Of a stretch of DNA of 64,000 nucleotides, positions 1 to 14,546 are shown in pieces. Under the pieces are notes generated by a model, which made no database searches, had not been told where the DNA came from, and was given only the letters and a program-made list of their open reading frames with translations. A program made the position numbers and the translations under genes. How positions within the stretch are numbered: the stretch's first letter is position 1; every line of letters begins with the position of its first letter. This DNA is from Ophelia neglecta (Eukaryota): positions 56,978,001 to 57,042,000 of the forward strand of contig OZ260661.1 of the NCBI GenBank assembly GCA_965285935.1, given 5' to 3'.

Positions 1-1367
1 TCAAACTCTCAGCTATGATAATGTCGGCTCAGAACTTCCTTCCAAATCGATCTCCTCTTCGTTCTTTCTAATACTTATTCATTTTCAAATGTATTTGTCT
101 GTGTATTTGGATATAGGGAATATTAATTTTTGCTTGTCAGCAATGTGGATAAAAAATGCCCTTCTATATGCAGTGTGCATGTCACTCAATTTTGTGGTGA
201 CGATTCCGCATTGCCCATTGTCATCTCACTGAGAAAGTAAAAAAGTTCCCATATTGATACCCTGCGAAATAAGAATACAGGAGCAACGCATAGTATGAAT
301 GGATGGTGAGTACAGGACATACATTAAAACACAAATGAAATAATTTTATGATAAAACTCTTGTATTTGTTTTAACTAAATAGACAGCTTATTCAACAATA
401 TAAGAAACTCTAGTTAACGTAGTTATTAATTTAATTTCACTAGTTTTATAAATACTTAAAGAACTCTACCAATGCAATGGTCTCTACATGTGATATATAT
501 AGAGCCAGACGACTAAAGCATGGACCCAATATTCAAATACTTTCTACAAACTACAAAATACCTTTGGTAAGTGAAGTAAAACCCACGTGTCTCTTTCGAC
601 CATAAAATAATGACTTCTACATACAATTCGGTCACAGAGGTTGTTTTTTTTTGCCCACTGATGTCAAAGGGTCTATTGTGAGGTAGTTCGTTTAAATAAA
701 TGGCGATACTATTTTTACTTAATTCATATTTCCTGAGTTCGTGTATTCTATACTGTGGACACGAGTTGCCTTGATCCAACAATCAATTTCTGCAAATTGA
801 CACACATTGAGCAGTCGATGTTCAGGAGTCCTTCAGTTTTGAAAAACTAGCACATATAGTATTAGATATTATGTACCATTCTAGAATGATAGAAACCGGG
901 TTTTGATCTTCTGGTTTATCAGTGTAACTTTCTAAAAAAATTGTTTTAACTTCGCCATGGCCTCACTTTACCGTCTTATTATGTCCATCGGCTCTTACTG
1001 TGCGTGTAGTTCTAGTCTGAGAAACATCTTGTTTCCATTATTAGACAAAAAGAGAAGATTTTAAGGGTACGAGGCCGGTAAAGCAAAATATTCACGAGTC
1101 GCGATTTTTAAAACTTATGTTTCAAGTTACCTTCAATTGTCGATTATACACTTATAAGTGCAGTGGCATATATTTTACCCGAAGAATAAAATAAGTCACA
1201 ATTTGCTCCGCAAAAATCGCCGAACCTATTAGCTGTTACAGTAACCAAATTGAATAATTCATTCCGCAAAATTCCACATAGAACCATAGCAGAATAAACT
1301 CTCCCTTGGTACTGCAGTTCTAGGCTAAATTTCTTATTGTAAGTATTCATTGACAAAGATTATACAG

Positions 1368-1520
1368 AGGCACTTTCCATGAGCTTGTGTTTTATGGTCG
1401 TACTTTAGCACTCGCAATGTTGTCAAGTTGGCCAAACTGTTGACACAGGGATATGAACTCCAACGGTAACAAAGGTCTTTGAAGAATGCCATAGATAATC
1501 GGAACATCCGATTTCCCACA
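1368..1520 (+). mobile_element. Decayed Penelope-like retroelement RT C-terminal fragment
   Basis: Frameshifted translation GTFHELVFYGRT...RNVVKLAKLLTQGYELQR*QRSLK resembles the GVYISQLIRYAR...KLLxQGYxxxRLxxSFKK motif I recall from invertebrate Penelope-like RTs. It contains a stop and a frameshift. Confidence 0.5.
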
Positions 1521-3958
1521 CACATTACAGGCCTGGGAGATTTATTGACACCTCTTGACATCTACGAGCGGTTCAATGGACTCCTAACCCAATTATTAAA
1601 TCCATATGCATTAGGTATGTTTAAAGAATGCAACACTCCGAAATGACCAGCCTGTTAAACCCAAGCATGGTTGGTACGTGTGCCTTCAACATGCGGAGAT
1701 CTAATCTTACGTTGTAAAACACTTTAGACCCCCCTTCAGTAGCAATTTCACCGAGAAGGTTGATCTTTATCTCTTACTATTGGAGTTATGTAACCACTCA
1801 TTTTGGCATCGTTTGGACCCTCGGCACTACACCACTAAAGACGTTTGTTTGTTATTTGTCTCAAATTTTGAAAAATATAGAATGCTTTTGATTTGCAAGT
1901 AACCAAGGTTAATTCAATAAATTTCTCTACGTTGATATTTTAAAGTTCGTTGGGGCTACGTTTCAGTTGACTACCCTAGATGCATTGACGTCAGGTATGA
2001 ATTCTACTTTCGATAGACAGACCTGTTTTGACAGTCAGGTATCAATTCTTGTACAGCAGAAGATTTCATGTTATTCGTTAAAGTTAGACTAAAGGAGTTG
2101 CAAGAACTTGAAGACATAGTGCTAGAATGATATCATGATTGTTGATCTACATGTATCTGGCAGTAAAACTTGTATTTTCTATCTGTTCGAATATTCCATT
2201 GATAACTCTTCATTTCTCAGCATTCTTTTCTTTGTACATGTATTTCCTTTTATTTTTTGAATACGTCGCGGTATCTTGCTAATGCTGATTTATGTTGGAT
2301 CACTTAGCTTCCTTTACAGGATGCGAACAAATAAGTTATGAAAAATACAAACTACGATTATAATGCATTCTGTTTGAATGCTGAAAGGAAAGGTAAAATC
2401 AATGTATAGGCATGTGACTGTATATGTGGGTGTGGATGACATTAGCTGACTCCGTGAGGATCGGAAACTGATAGGGAAAGATCTCTAATCTACTTATTCG
2501 CCTAACACTATCATATTAAATAATCTATTTAGATGATGTTATCTAAATGTTGTCCTAAAATAGAAAAGAATCACACTACAGTCAGTTTTTAACTTTGCCT
2601 TCCTTTGCTACGCCTTGCACCACGCATTGGCAACTGATCAAATTAGGTTTAACACTCACCGCAATTCAGTAAGTACGTCTCAGCTTTGAAGACATACGTT
2701 TATCTAAATTATATTCTAAACAACGGAAATGTTTGGCTTTTCACGCTTTGGCTAAATAGAAATGCTCCACATGAGTCTGCTTGTCTGTAGAGGCAAATAA
2801 ACAGGTCAGATTTGGTGCAATTTCATTTAAGTTTTAGACCCGTATAACTGATCTCTAGGTTACCAGTAATACAAAAGACACATTGAACCAAATATTCATA
2901 CACCATGCAAAGTTAGAAATCCCCGTATAAGCCAATTTCCTTTATACCAGTTTACTAAGGTAAATGGCGACAAACAATTTGCACTAGGCGCCTGATGTCG
3001 GCCGATTTTGGAATGAACCAATCGAACAGACGCCATAATACTCAGAAAATGTCGAACAGAAGGAAGTAAGGAACCATCGTTGGAAAATTAACCAGAAGCA
3101 GTTACACCTTTTTGCCAATGATTTTATAGAATCTGGCTAGGTTCTATCGCTGTTAACTCTGCAACCATTCTGACTTTCCATCAAGGACATGTCTACTTTC
3201 GAAATTCGCCCAAAAAACTTTTGTTAATATTTAAACAAAACAACATTCGTTTACGCTGCCGGAGGAGTTTTAAAAAGGACGTTATGGGCTACATTAAGTT
3301 TGCTTTTCTTTTCCCTTTTTGCATTACTATTGGACGAAAACCTCTTGCAAAGTAAAAGCGAACTTATACACACCAGAATGCCTTGTTTCCCTTTTTTAAG
3401 TGTTTGTAGGAAGTGAATCAAAATATCTGTGAAATATACACATGTATAAAAGAAAACATTTTTACATATAAGTATCAGGGAGCACACTGTCCTGGTTATA
3501 TTGTACTCTGTAAGTTGTAAGTGAACTTATTATTTCGGATCCGAAGTCAATGATCAAAATCAGACGACAATAATGTTCAATTCATTTATATTGGCAGAGA
3601 AAATGTTTAACTTCAACATTTACACAGAGAATGACTAATATGTCCCAACCTTATAGTTCAGAATTCAAATCACGTTTTAAATTAACCAGAAGGAGTTACA
3701 AGTTTAAATATGGTATCTCCTGCCCATGTGGGCGTTAATTGGCAAAAACACTATATGAGCTAGTTTATGATTTATAAAATGAAGTAATCAACTGTTTATT
3801 TAGCCTCATGTCATTATAAACGTCAAAATGGCCGGAACTCGTGACTTGACTAATTTCATGAAACTCTTTATAAAAGAAACGAGTAAACGAGAAACGTAGC
3901 AACATCAAGTTGACACCTGTTGGTCGCAGGTAACAACCCCTTTGTTTATATATGCCTA

Positions 3959-3993
3959 GGGGGGGGGGGGGGGGGGGCGGGCGGGGGGGGGGG
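3959..3993 (+). repeat. Poly-G tract (G19-C-G3-C-G11), G-quadruplex-capable
   Basis: Seen directly. It explains the poly-Gly in ORF 3920-4123. Confidence 0.95.
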
Positions 3994-4489
3994 CGTTGTT
4001 ATAGGGGGATTTATTTATTTTTCAAAATCACTGGTGATCTATTCGTTGAACTGTTTATGTGTATATTGGCTCAAATCCATAAGAACTAAGCTCAATATTA
4101 CATTTTTCGTTTGTGAATATTGAGCCGAATATGGATTATATCGAGCAAATAATGAATACACACCGATGACTTCAATTTTTCATTAACTAGGTATCTGTAT
4201 GTCATTAAAACATAATGAAATTGTGACACTTTCATTTGATTGAGTATAGTCAGCAGTTAGAAGCAGAATAATTGTATAACTGTATAAGGAGAGTGAATTT
4301 ATCATTGGTGAACATAGACGTCAATAATATTAAGCTTTCAATGAATTGCCTATTTACACTTAACCGTTTATCAACTTCCTATATGTTAATGTGCACGAAA
4401 CAACGGGAATGGATAGCCGGCCGAAATAGCCTAATCATTGAACAAGAATAACATGATGAATTCCTCAATCGGATTCTAGAAGTCATCAA

Positions 4490-4600
4490 GGCGATTGTTA
4501 TATTTAGATAATTGGTGAAATAGTTATCAGTAAATTGGAAAAATGCTCGTTTTAAACTGCAGATTTCATATCCCTGTGTCAGTAAGCCACTGAAAGCGCT
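4490..4600 (-). mobile_element. Second decayed Penelope-like RT C-terminal fragment
   Basis: Minus-strand translation SGLLTQGYEICSLKRAFFQFTDNY, then LSKYN after a frameshift. It shares a perfect 17-mer (TGACACAGGGATATGAA, 1441-1457 vs reverse complement at 4565-4581) with the fragment at 1.4 kb. Confidence 0.5.
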
Positions 4601-6718
4601 GTCCAGTGAAAAATGAGAAGGACGCTCTCCATTGGAGTAATCAACACGTCCAACAACGCACTTGACAGTTGCTGAAAGTTTCGATGCATTTTCACCACAC
4701 AATTAATGTCAAAACGACATCGCTGAGCGTCAGTTGTGTTAGCAATGTCAGGAGAGTGTTAGGGCAAATGGATTGTTGGCACAGTCGGTCGCTTTATTTA
4801 TTGGTTCACCCCCAAAGGACATTTAAATAATTGAGTCTGACCATCAATCATTACAGTGGACTATCCTTAGTTCTATTGTTCTTCTTCACCATGCTGTATG
4901 TGACAACTATTAGTTCAGAAACTAAGTATACAGTATTTGGTTCAGAATGAACAACTGCGTTACTCTACAATGGAAACAATGTAGTTTACATATACGCTAT
5001 ACCGTGCTATGCGGAATAAAACACTGAAAACTATTAAATGATGTGAAAAAGACACAAAATAATAAGACTAAAGATCCAGCTACTTCATGATAGGATAAAA
5101 AAGGAGCAGCCTTGCGCAACTAGAGTGAATGGTTATACATTGAACCGATTGTCTGCCAAAATGGTGTCATTTATTAGTTTGAAATCACAATAAACAAATC
5201 TTTTATTTATCAGAACTTAACATAAATGTTGCTTGCTATATCAGGTGATTACTATTTTATTCAATTATAATTTACACTCTTTTGAAATTTCAATAACTTA
5301 ATACCCTTATTGTCCTCGGATTTGGAGAAAGAAAGGTCGGCCAAATGGAATATCCCACAAGGATTCAAGTCATTAAAACGTCACAAAATCGTCAACATCC
5401 ATAAGATAAGGTATTTGAAATATTGCCTTTCCATCAACCTTTATAATGTAAGGACATGATCCGAAGATTAGACAGGAAATTAATCATTTTGACAGTTTGT
5501 ACGATGGGGTCCCTTTAGTGTAATCAGTCGTGATCTGCCTTGCTCTTTATTCAATGAAGCATTGAACCTAGTAGTTTACAGATATGCTTCATTCATTTTG
5601 AGAATTGTCTACGTCTGATGGTTGGTTATCAGGGTGACTTAACATCAGGAGGAAAGCCAAACAGTCCCATGAATCCAGACAGGTACAAATTAGGTTTAGG
5701 GACAGTGAGGACATAGGTGAAATTGGGTCTATCTTCCATGAAAAGGAAGCACCAGATAAACTTTAATCCACGTTGGTTTTGTAGGGCAATTATGTATGGA
5801 ATTTGATGAAATCTACTGAACTCCTTACCATTATCAATAGCCAATAATTCAAATATCCTTTTGAAAACGATTCAAGCAAAATAGATAACCTATGATCGAG
5901 GAGGAGTGGATCGCTTCTCGGACATATAGTACCGAACATATTTACCAACAAGGCAAGTGGACGTTGGTGTGTGGAAGGAAAATACAATGTCAGTAATTGG
6001 AACATTTGACATAATTATTCCCTAATCAAGTTAAACTATTGAATATGGCATTACAGTTTTATTCTATAAAGTGTTAGCCATGGGACCGAAGAGGTGTTTT
6101 GCAACGGTGAAAGGGATTGTTGAAAATACATTTGTTTAAGCCAATTTTCCAAATTCTGAATACAATTTTCAACAGAAGTATTTTCTGAAAAATTAATGTT
6201 GTTTTTAAATCTTGGAGAAGTGAGGGGAAATGACTATTTAAGCAAAGGCCAATATTAAATTTCAATGCCCCTTAGACATTAGCCCCTCAGTTTTTGTCTT
6301 TCATGGTGGCATTCTCATTGTGTGAATGGTTGTTGTTATTAAGTTGTGGTTGGTTATATGTAAACATGTGCTTCATAGAAGACGTAACGTTTTCCACAGA
6401 TATGAAGCATAACAAAAAGATATATTTGAGGCATCAACGAACTGCTTTGTCTGTTATGAACACTCCTTATTGAAATGATATTAGACTTTCTAATTCATTT
6501 CACTATAATTTATTTATCTATCTATATGACTTAGATTAGTTACAAAAGTTTTGCAATTATGCAACTTATAATTAAAGTTAGCTGGCCTGCTAAAGAATTT
6601 AGTCGAACATTTGATGGCTATGGTGATTAGAATCAAATAAAAAGAAAAGTCAAATTCTAAAACATTCTGCACCTTTTATAAGAACAAATAACGGGTGAAA
6701 TCAAAGATAAACACAAAG

Positions 6719-6860
6719 AATGACTCCAAATTGCTCACCGTCCCAACTCTGCGAAGGACAAACAGCTGGGATTCTGAAATATTGAACAAAAAGTGACACT
6801 GGCGGTTATTGGTAAATTTTTCCATTAGATCCCTTTCGGGTTTTGATCTACAAAATCTCC
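6719..6860 (+). mobile_element. Possible CR1/L2-type LINE 3' ORF2 remnant
   Basis: NDSKLLTVPTLRRT, then YW*IFPLDP in a shifted frame. This resembles the LLxVPxxR...LWNxLPxxI tail of CR1/L2 ORF2 but is highly degenerate. Confidence 0.3.
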
Positions 6861-8475
6861 TAATTGTATAATTACGTTATACGGCGAAATTGCATAGTGT
6901 CATCAGCGGTGAAATGGGGAGAGGGTAATGTTGCCTTCGCAATAGACAAACCAACGTCAAGGACGCCTGCTGCCCACCTAAAGTCTCCAGACACCCCACG
7001 TTATTTCGTTGCACTTAATTGGACATTTATTACAGTGCCTGTATAATAGTCTTTACGTCCCAGCTCTGAGTGCCAGTGAATAGCAAAGGATGTTGATTTC
7101 ATAAAAACACGCGATATTCAATCCGAGCCTGAAATTTTTTATGCCACACTCCGAAATCCACTTACACCTCTCTGATCTTCAATTGAGACTTGAGATCAAG
7201 CCCATTGTATGCTATAGATTACACTTAATGCTTGGACAAATGTTTTTTTCTTCATCTAAATAAGGAAGATCCTTGAAAAATACGAATAGCTTGTATTGCA
7301 TCTGCGGGTGTTGGCATGCTGCGGATGCAGAGATGAGCAAATAAAGAAAAACTACAGCTTCGTAGTGTGCCAGTTTTCTTCCAATCATGTAATCCCGGAA
7401 TCCACTTAAGGACTATACCCAGTCTAGGGATTTTCCTCCATATTTGAGCACATGGAGAACATCCATTTGAACGCATAGTGCTCAAAGAAACGCCAGACAC
7501 AGTTACTCTGTCCGGTCAAAGACTCTTGGTGTCAAAGAAACTCAACACAGCATTTCTAACTGTGGCCTAAAACATAACTTTGCTGATCGATAGCACGCTC
7601 TGTCAATTCTTATTCTTAGAAACGCTAATAATCCAACTATTTCCTGATTTACGCAACCATTGTTCTCAGAGTGAACGGCTGTTTCCTTTGTTAAATCATT
7701 AACAAAATATGAACCATTGAGGGAAAACGCTCTTTTGTAACATGACCAAAATGCCGATTAGCCCTAATGTACAACAATGTGACGCACTAGGAAGAAAATA
7801 TATCAGAACGTGAAAAGGTATCTGACAGGCAAACCCGGCCGGTATATCGTAATTCAACATTTAGCCCATTTATCAGGGATGGTTACCAGCCACAGCAATG
7901 CTTTGTATATCTTCAGTTTGAGTAGAATGTCATAGCGTTCGAAAAATCGCGTTGACCGGTTAAAAGCCTCATTAAAACCTCAATTAAACTTAAGTAAGCG
8001 CATGTAAATAGCAAACATGATTTGTCATTGGCAAGAAGATATCTAATCGACAATATTACGTCCTTTTTTCCTTCATGGGGCAGGGGAAAAACACATTCCT
8101 GACAGACTCAACGAAGAGTCAATATAGATGAATCATTTGTCTTATTTTCAAAAAAAGAATAGTTCCCTTTTTAAGTAGGGCTCAATTCTTATGTTAACCG
8201 CTCATTTGCACAGTCATACAATCTATTCCGGCCGCAGATATAATGATACTACCAACTTGGGAAATAAGACAAAATTATAGGCGCTAATGAAGATTGGATG
8301 TGGATTAAAAGCAATCCACTGCACACGGTTAAGATAACTGGTTCATTTTTCGTGCACCTGCTGCATTGATTGGTATAATGATCTATCTGTTTTAGAGATT
8401 TTCGTCATGCAATCACAACATAAGAACCGGAGGTCAGGGTTGGCCATTTACCATTGCACGAATAAGTATTTTCTT

Positions 8476-8534
8476 CCACTATCACTACCACCACCAGTAC
8501 CTTCACCACCCCAACAACAACAACTACTACTACT
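8476..8534 (+). repeat. Compound trinucleotide microsatellite (CCA/CAA/CTA)
   Basis: ccactatcactaccaccaccagtaccttcaccaccccaacaacaacaactactactact is seen directly. Confidence 0.85.
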
Positions 8535-9264
8535 TTTAAGATATGAGCAACATTTTCCTATTCGCACTTCATTAACATATAAAAACCTCCATCTACTTCA
8601 GCTCTTAACTCTCTTATCATGGACAAGCAACAACGAATTTTAAGACAGATTAAACAAACACGTTCGCAAAGTTTGCTGAAGTGATTCTAAATGCATAGCG
8701 AAAATTAGCATCGGAAAGCATTAATTTAGTGTAGAACGCGCCTTGCGGCAGAAATGATTGTATAGGCCTAGTATTACAAAGTTCTACAGGATGGTTTTAA
8801 TCAAAATACTACCATTACAAGTACATGTATATAACTTATCCTTGGAAAGCCACAGCGGATATTATTAACGCAGTGCAGTGCAACAAAATAGGTTAAGTAT
8901 ATATTGGAAACACGTGCTCCTAATAATCGACCGTTTGGAGAAAACCAAATTCCATTTTTTTCATCGCAACGATTGAATACAGTCATGTGCCGCTAGAACC
9001 ACTTCCCCCTACAATGTAGCCAGGTGGTTTCATTTTAAGCTTGCACTAGACAAACTAGTACTAGATTGTTTCTGACGAATGCGGTGCTTTGATAGGGCAA
9101 GAGGGATTGTCTCCATCCAATGAGCCAAACCTATGCCGAAGATATCTAGCCTTGAACAAAATTCACCACAGAATTGTTTAGAAAGAAACCAATATTCGGT
9201 GACAACAAACGATAACCTACCATAGACTCTTGTGATCATATGATTATTATAAAACACCCTGCCT

Positions 9265-9415
9265 TATAACGTGATAATGATTCCAGTGTCGGTTTTATCA
9301 TAGGGTGACGGACAGGTAGGACCGAATTACAATTGAACACCATTCTTTGTCCATGAAATCATTGGCGGCTGTCACACACAACCTCAGAGCAGCGTCGCAA
9401 GAGAAACACTTTCAA
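9265..9415 (-). pseudogene. Possible decayed immunoglobulin (I-set/C2) domain exon
   Basis: One frame reads FESVSL...*QPPMISWTKNGVQL*FGPTCPSPYDKTDTG, matching Ig PxPxIxWxKNG and DxG motifs with near-canonical spacing. It has several stops, and CDAA lies in an adjacent frame. Confidence 0.3.
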
Positions 9416-12400
9416 ATCAGATTATGTCATTTTAAACATTGGATTCTTTAGAAAAATATTATACTATCTTAGACGCTTTTGTTTATATCTTTCAACTCTT
9501 AATTGAAGAATGGGTTTGTGAGAGGAGCGCGATTCAATTAAAACAGTAGTGCCAAAAATCCTATTTTTTTAAAGAGTAAGAACATATTATATTCACATCA
9601 GTCAAGTAGTTGTGATAAGTTCTGTAAATGCTTTCATTTATTAAACACCAAAGAAACGCTGAACGACCAAAGTGTATCAAAGTTAAAAAGTCCTTCAGTG
9701 TCAGGTTTACGTTAGTCCGCTGATCTAGAAAGATTGTCAAGGTTTAGGGTACATTGCGCATACCCACGGGTTAGTATGAAAGCGTTTGGTTAGAATTCGG
9801 TGTAAAATACATATTCACCTTGTTCTTTAATGACATTTAATATGATTATAACATTAATTGTTACAATTAAGAACATTTGAATTAAATTAATCACGGTAAA
9901 TTGAGAATAACAGAGCTTACTATCACATGTTTGTATCGCAATGGTGAATTAATAGGCAAAAAGTGCTCAAGCTGCAGAAAGTCAATAATAAAAGATATCA
10001 GAAATAACACAGTGAACCTTGGTGATAAGCCCATCTATATCAGAGAGTGTAAGAAGTTCAGCTCATCCACTATAATGTCATAGAGCTTGGAAGTGTGAAA
10101 GTAAATAGCTACATTTATTAACAGGGTAATGTAGACTGTTTCGAAGAAATCACACACACGTTCTGATTACACACTGGCTTGATGATGATCGATGCTGGAA
10201 GTAAACATCCACCTGCCACCCTTCAATACGCTATCAAACCCCACATGGGTAGACAATTTCTGGAATACACCAACAGCAAAATAAGTCCGAAACCCTGTAA
10301 GATTTTACCATCATATTAATTGATCAATTAAGAACTGTTGAATGTTTGCCATTGTTTAATTTTCCCCAATATATATTTATGGTAGCCCAAGAAGTTTGAT
10401 ATCGAATTAATTCATTTCCGTATCCTGCAGTGGAAGGGAACGGGTCACTACTTGCCCACTTTTGTGAGGAATTTAAAAGTCAGACGACTAAGGCAGCTCA
10501 TCCGCCCTTCCAAGATTGCTGAATCGATACCATCGCAAACATTGTATTGATATAAAACACGAGAAAAACAAGTAGAAGTACGATCATTAATCGCAAGCAA
10601 CTACTTCAGATGAGTTCTTTTGATTGCTCTAAAGCGATAATACCAGTTACAAGGTCAATGTATCGAGGAAGAGAGACTGGTTTCTTTAATTGTGTACGGC
10701 GTATATACATGAATAATGAGTGACCAATCGATAAGCACTATCCTTGGAGACACTTTCGAAGTCAAAAACCATCCCAGGAGACACTTAAGCAATTACCTTC
10801 CGTGATACGGTAAGGAGGTTTGTGCAGGTGGGAATACTTAGATCCGTCCGATGGCCTGAACCCTGACTCAATGATATACCGATACACTGCTAGAGATACA
10901 ATATCACGCATGCCTCGCAATGCTCTCATGTATAGTTATTTTCTTATCCCAATTATAAACATACACCCTGAGCACGCCGGCAACTGAAGATGCCTAATCC
11001 TACATTGTGAGCTTTATGACAAAATCATGGTGCCGTTGTTGCTTTGCTCTAGTAAGAGCATTGGAAAGTAGTTCGTATGAAGCAAACGGTTAAAAGCTCA
11101 AATTAGGTACAGTTTCCCGTTGAAATGAGCCATAGGAAGTTAAAAAATATTATGTCTGATCTCAACATAATAACAGGATCTCATCTGGACTATAATTTTC
11201 TCTTTTGTTTTCAGTCACCGCCTCTTCCTTGAATTTGAAATAATGCTAAGGGTGGGCTTTTTACTTCCTTAATCAATACGACAAGGCGGGCTACAATATG
11301 ACCTACTTAAGACAAGCATTTAGTTGAGTAATGAATCATTAAGTCCATATTATCAGCTTTATTCCTCGAAACGGATTTGTACACCCTTCAAGCTAGCCGT
11401 ACACCCCGAAGCCGTAGGTTTTTCACCTACCCACAATTAACTATGGATCAATTTAGGGAACAAATCAGCTATTTTATCACTTACACTCACGTGGAACTCG
11501 GCGATACAGACCAGGTCGGTTCCAACTAGGTGATACGGGAATATATCACCGGGCTGAGATCCAATCACAATCGCTACCTCAATATAGTGGTTAACAACCA
11601 TTTCCTACCATAGAATAAACACAAAATGTTTATCCATTTAAATCATCAGTCTGAAGCTAGTATAAGTGCGTGGACAATGGATGGAAATAAATGAGAAAGG
11701 TATGTCTATTTTCTACACAAGACAGAGTATTACTGAACAAAGGGAACTTATATGATACAGATAATCACATATTCATCAACCCACTTTACTCTGAAGAAGC
11801 AGAGGATTTATCACAAAACTAGAATACCACTTACCAAAGCTACAATTTCAGCCAGATATCTACCTTCAGGTTGTTACCCAATCAATGTTATGACTTACCA
11901 GTTGGATGAAAAAAGGTTTCCTCTCGGCTAAAATATTTGCTTTACGATTATGTTCTTTCGAGCGAAGCTTTCTATCTTATAGCCCAGTTTCAAAGCTTCA
12001 ATGCATTTTTGACAAAATGGCCCTTCTGATGGCAAAAAATGCCTATAAATCACTTCATTTTGTTTTTGAGCAAGGGACGCTTCTGGTTTTATGTTTGTAT
12101 TTGCAGTTGTAATGCCCACAATAAATCGGCACGGAAAGAATCCTAACTCCCCAATGAAGACGGTACCAACAGAACTCCGTGAGAAGAACGCAGCAATGCT
12201 TCAAGCAATGCGGACTAGTTTAGGAATCATTGAATCAATATATAGGCCTATGTTTAGCCTAAACCTAGATAATCATTAATTGTATAAGAAAAGCTTTTTA
12301 CTACAGAACTTTAGCCGGCCCAAGATGGGTATTATATTTATGTGTTTACTATTCTTGATATGCCATAAATATGAGTACATTGAAATTGTATTATTAAACA

Positions 12401-13959
12401 CACAATTTAAATTTTGCTTTAGAAATGGAACTCATTACCAATGCATCTTGTTCAAACTTAAATTTGAAAAAGCAATACATTTTATCCAGAGAGCATGTAA
12501 ATCATCAAAACTAGCTAAACATGGTTAACAGGTTACTATCTCATCTGAATTAACCATTTGACCTTGCATTTCTTGGAGTTTACAAAAGAAAAATTTCTCA
12601 ACATTTTAAGGGTTATTCACTTGATTTATGGGACAGACTGGCAAAACCGAATATTATCATTAAATGGTGTTAGTGGGCTTCAAAATCCAGGACTGGTCTT
12701 GAATGGCACCAACTTTAAATATACCGCCCGCGTGCACTATGTTGTTAAATTAAGGTAAAATGTCGCAGCGCTTCACACTAAAGATGAATGACTAGCCATG
12801 AAAACAAAAGCAAATTAAATTGCAAATCCAAATGTTTTGTAGAAAGCCATCTGTCAAAACCAGCGTACATCAACAATGAATTTTAGTTTTTGTTGTTGTC
12901 AAGACACGTGACCTGTATAGAAAGTAAGGTAATCCATTCCAGGAATTAACCCAGCTATAAAGGAATGTAATGAACCACAAACAAAAAGTCGAGCTCGTGC
13001 AGGGAAGAAAAGATTGATAGGTTTTCCTCGCAGCGACCTTAGGAGAAATGATCAACAGCGAAACCTGCTTGGCAGGTGAAACTACCGTGAAAAGGTAACA
13101 TGAAACTGCAATGTGGAAAAGAAATAGCACAAGTGACGCTGCAAGGTTGACAGTCTTGGGATCACGACAGACAAAACAAATACACGATTAACAGTTGATC
13201 CACGGAATTGGTCCAAATTCATAAAATTACCTGAAACCGCAAACTACAGCTTCGCAAAACATCAAACCACATTTCTACAAACAGCTTGGTATAGTAGGAG
13301 GGAATAAAAAATCACCAGCCAAGAAATAGTCAACTGTTTTCCAAGATGTATGTGAACCACCAATCTAACGGGTTGGTGTGCAAAATGGGACGATGACGAA
13401 ATTGCCGTATAGGAGAGTCCGAGATGTATTTTGAAAGCTCCCTGAATTCCCAGCTTAACGCTTTATATTCAAGTTATTCATAGACAAGAAATATGCATGC
13501 TAGAAGTGTATTCATTCAATAGGTCAAGTCACATTGAATTAAGTCACTTAGAACCCATCTTGTCATTGTACTTAAACACAAATAAACACTTAAACACACG
13601 GATGAGCATACCAGTTTATTATCAAGCACTGTGAATATTTACGATTGGTCTGTGAAACTGACTGTAGCTATAAAACGGAATTAGCAGACCACATTATGCT
13701 ATGTAGGCTCTGAAAGGCACAGAACCTGTGGTGTCACTTCGTACATTTTGCGGTGTGTATGCTCCGCTCGACCTTTTTCGGCGTCCCACCATCCCCTCGG
13801 TGATGCTGGTAAAACAGCAGTTTTGTGATGAAAAACACAACCGCTAACCCCTTTAAAACTATGCCCATGACTTCAGTGCGAGATTTTACAGGTGTTTGCA
13901 CCTATAGTTCTCGTTTTGACTGTATTAATGTGAATAGAACGCTAGCATGTTAGGCTAAA

Positions 13960-14110
13960 GGGACGCCAGACTCAGTATACCCGATGGAGTCCTATCCAGT
14001 GGCCTTGCCCTTGGTGCGATATGTGAAATCATGCAAATGCTCATCGCTACAGCAGAACGGGCTCAGAATTGGATTAGTCACTGGGCAAGAGAAGATGTAG
14101 GCCTACTGTA
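13960..14110 (+). mobile_element. Possible C-terminal remnant of an R2-group (Hero-like) non-LTR ORF
   Basis: GLALGAICEIMQMLIATAERAQNWISHWARE resembles the AAERASxWxW C-terminal motif I recall for Hero-type elements. The match is short. Confidence 0.25.
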
Positions 14111-14446
14111 AAAAGGACATTATATTGACACCAATGGTAGATTAAATTGCCAAGTTTTAGGAACTGTTTACTTTTATATTTGGTTATGGCTTATGCTTCG
14201 ATATACATGTAGTACGTATACTGGGAGAGTCTATGCCACTGACAAACCTTCTACATCCAACCACTGTGCGGTAATTGGCCGCTTAAACTCTTTTCAACTA
14301 ATCATCTTAAGCTTATGACTTGCGTTAATTTGGGGATCAGTTCCGTTTGTTCTCGTTTTTCAGTTTTCCATGTGACTCAGGCGTGTTACTGCAGAGGGGT
14401 TTTCGTTTGTAATTACCCTATTTTTTATTGATTTACGGTCATATTT

Positions 14447-14546
14447 GATTGGCCGAAGCCATATTGCAAGCTTAGAGCTGAGCATTTTAGTCGTTTGCCT
14501 TGGATTTCTGCTCCACGGATTTCGTCAAAACCCAAATTCGGTAAGA
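14447..14546 (+). promoter_or_regulatory. Putative Pol II core promoter plus short first exon
   Basis: Reverse CCAAT (ATTGG 14448-14452), YY1-like GCCATATT (14458), Inr-like TTAGTC within CATTTTAGTC (14483-14492), and splice donor CG|GTAAGA at 14541. Confidence 0.3.

Noticed and set aside
3920-4123. Gly-rich ORF; likewise the Pro/Gln-rich ORFs at 8407 and 31027
   Set aside because: Low complexity comes from homopolymer or microsatellite tracts.
7252-7500. LKWIPG motif (RNase H or RTE tail-like)
   Set aside because: Single short motif without supporting neighbours.
12930-13080. THAP-like KRLIGFPRSDLRR peptide
   Set aside because: Lacks the C2CH residues and the conserved Trp.
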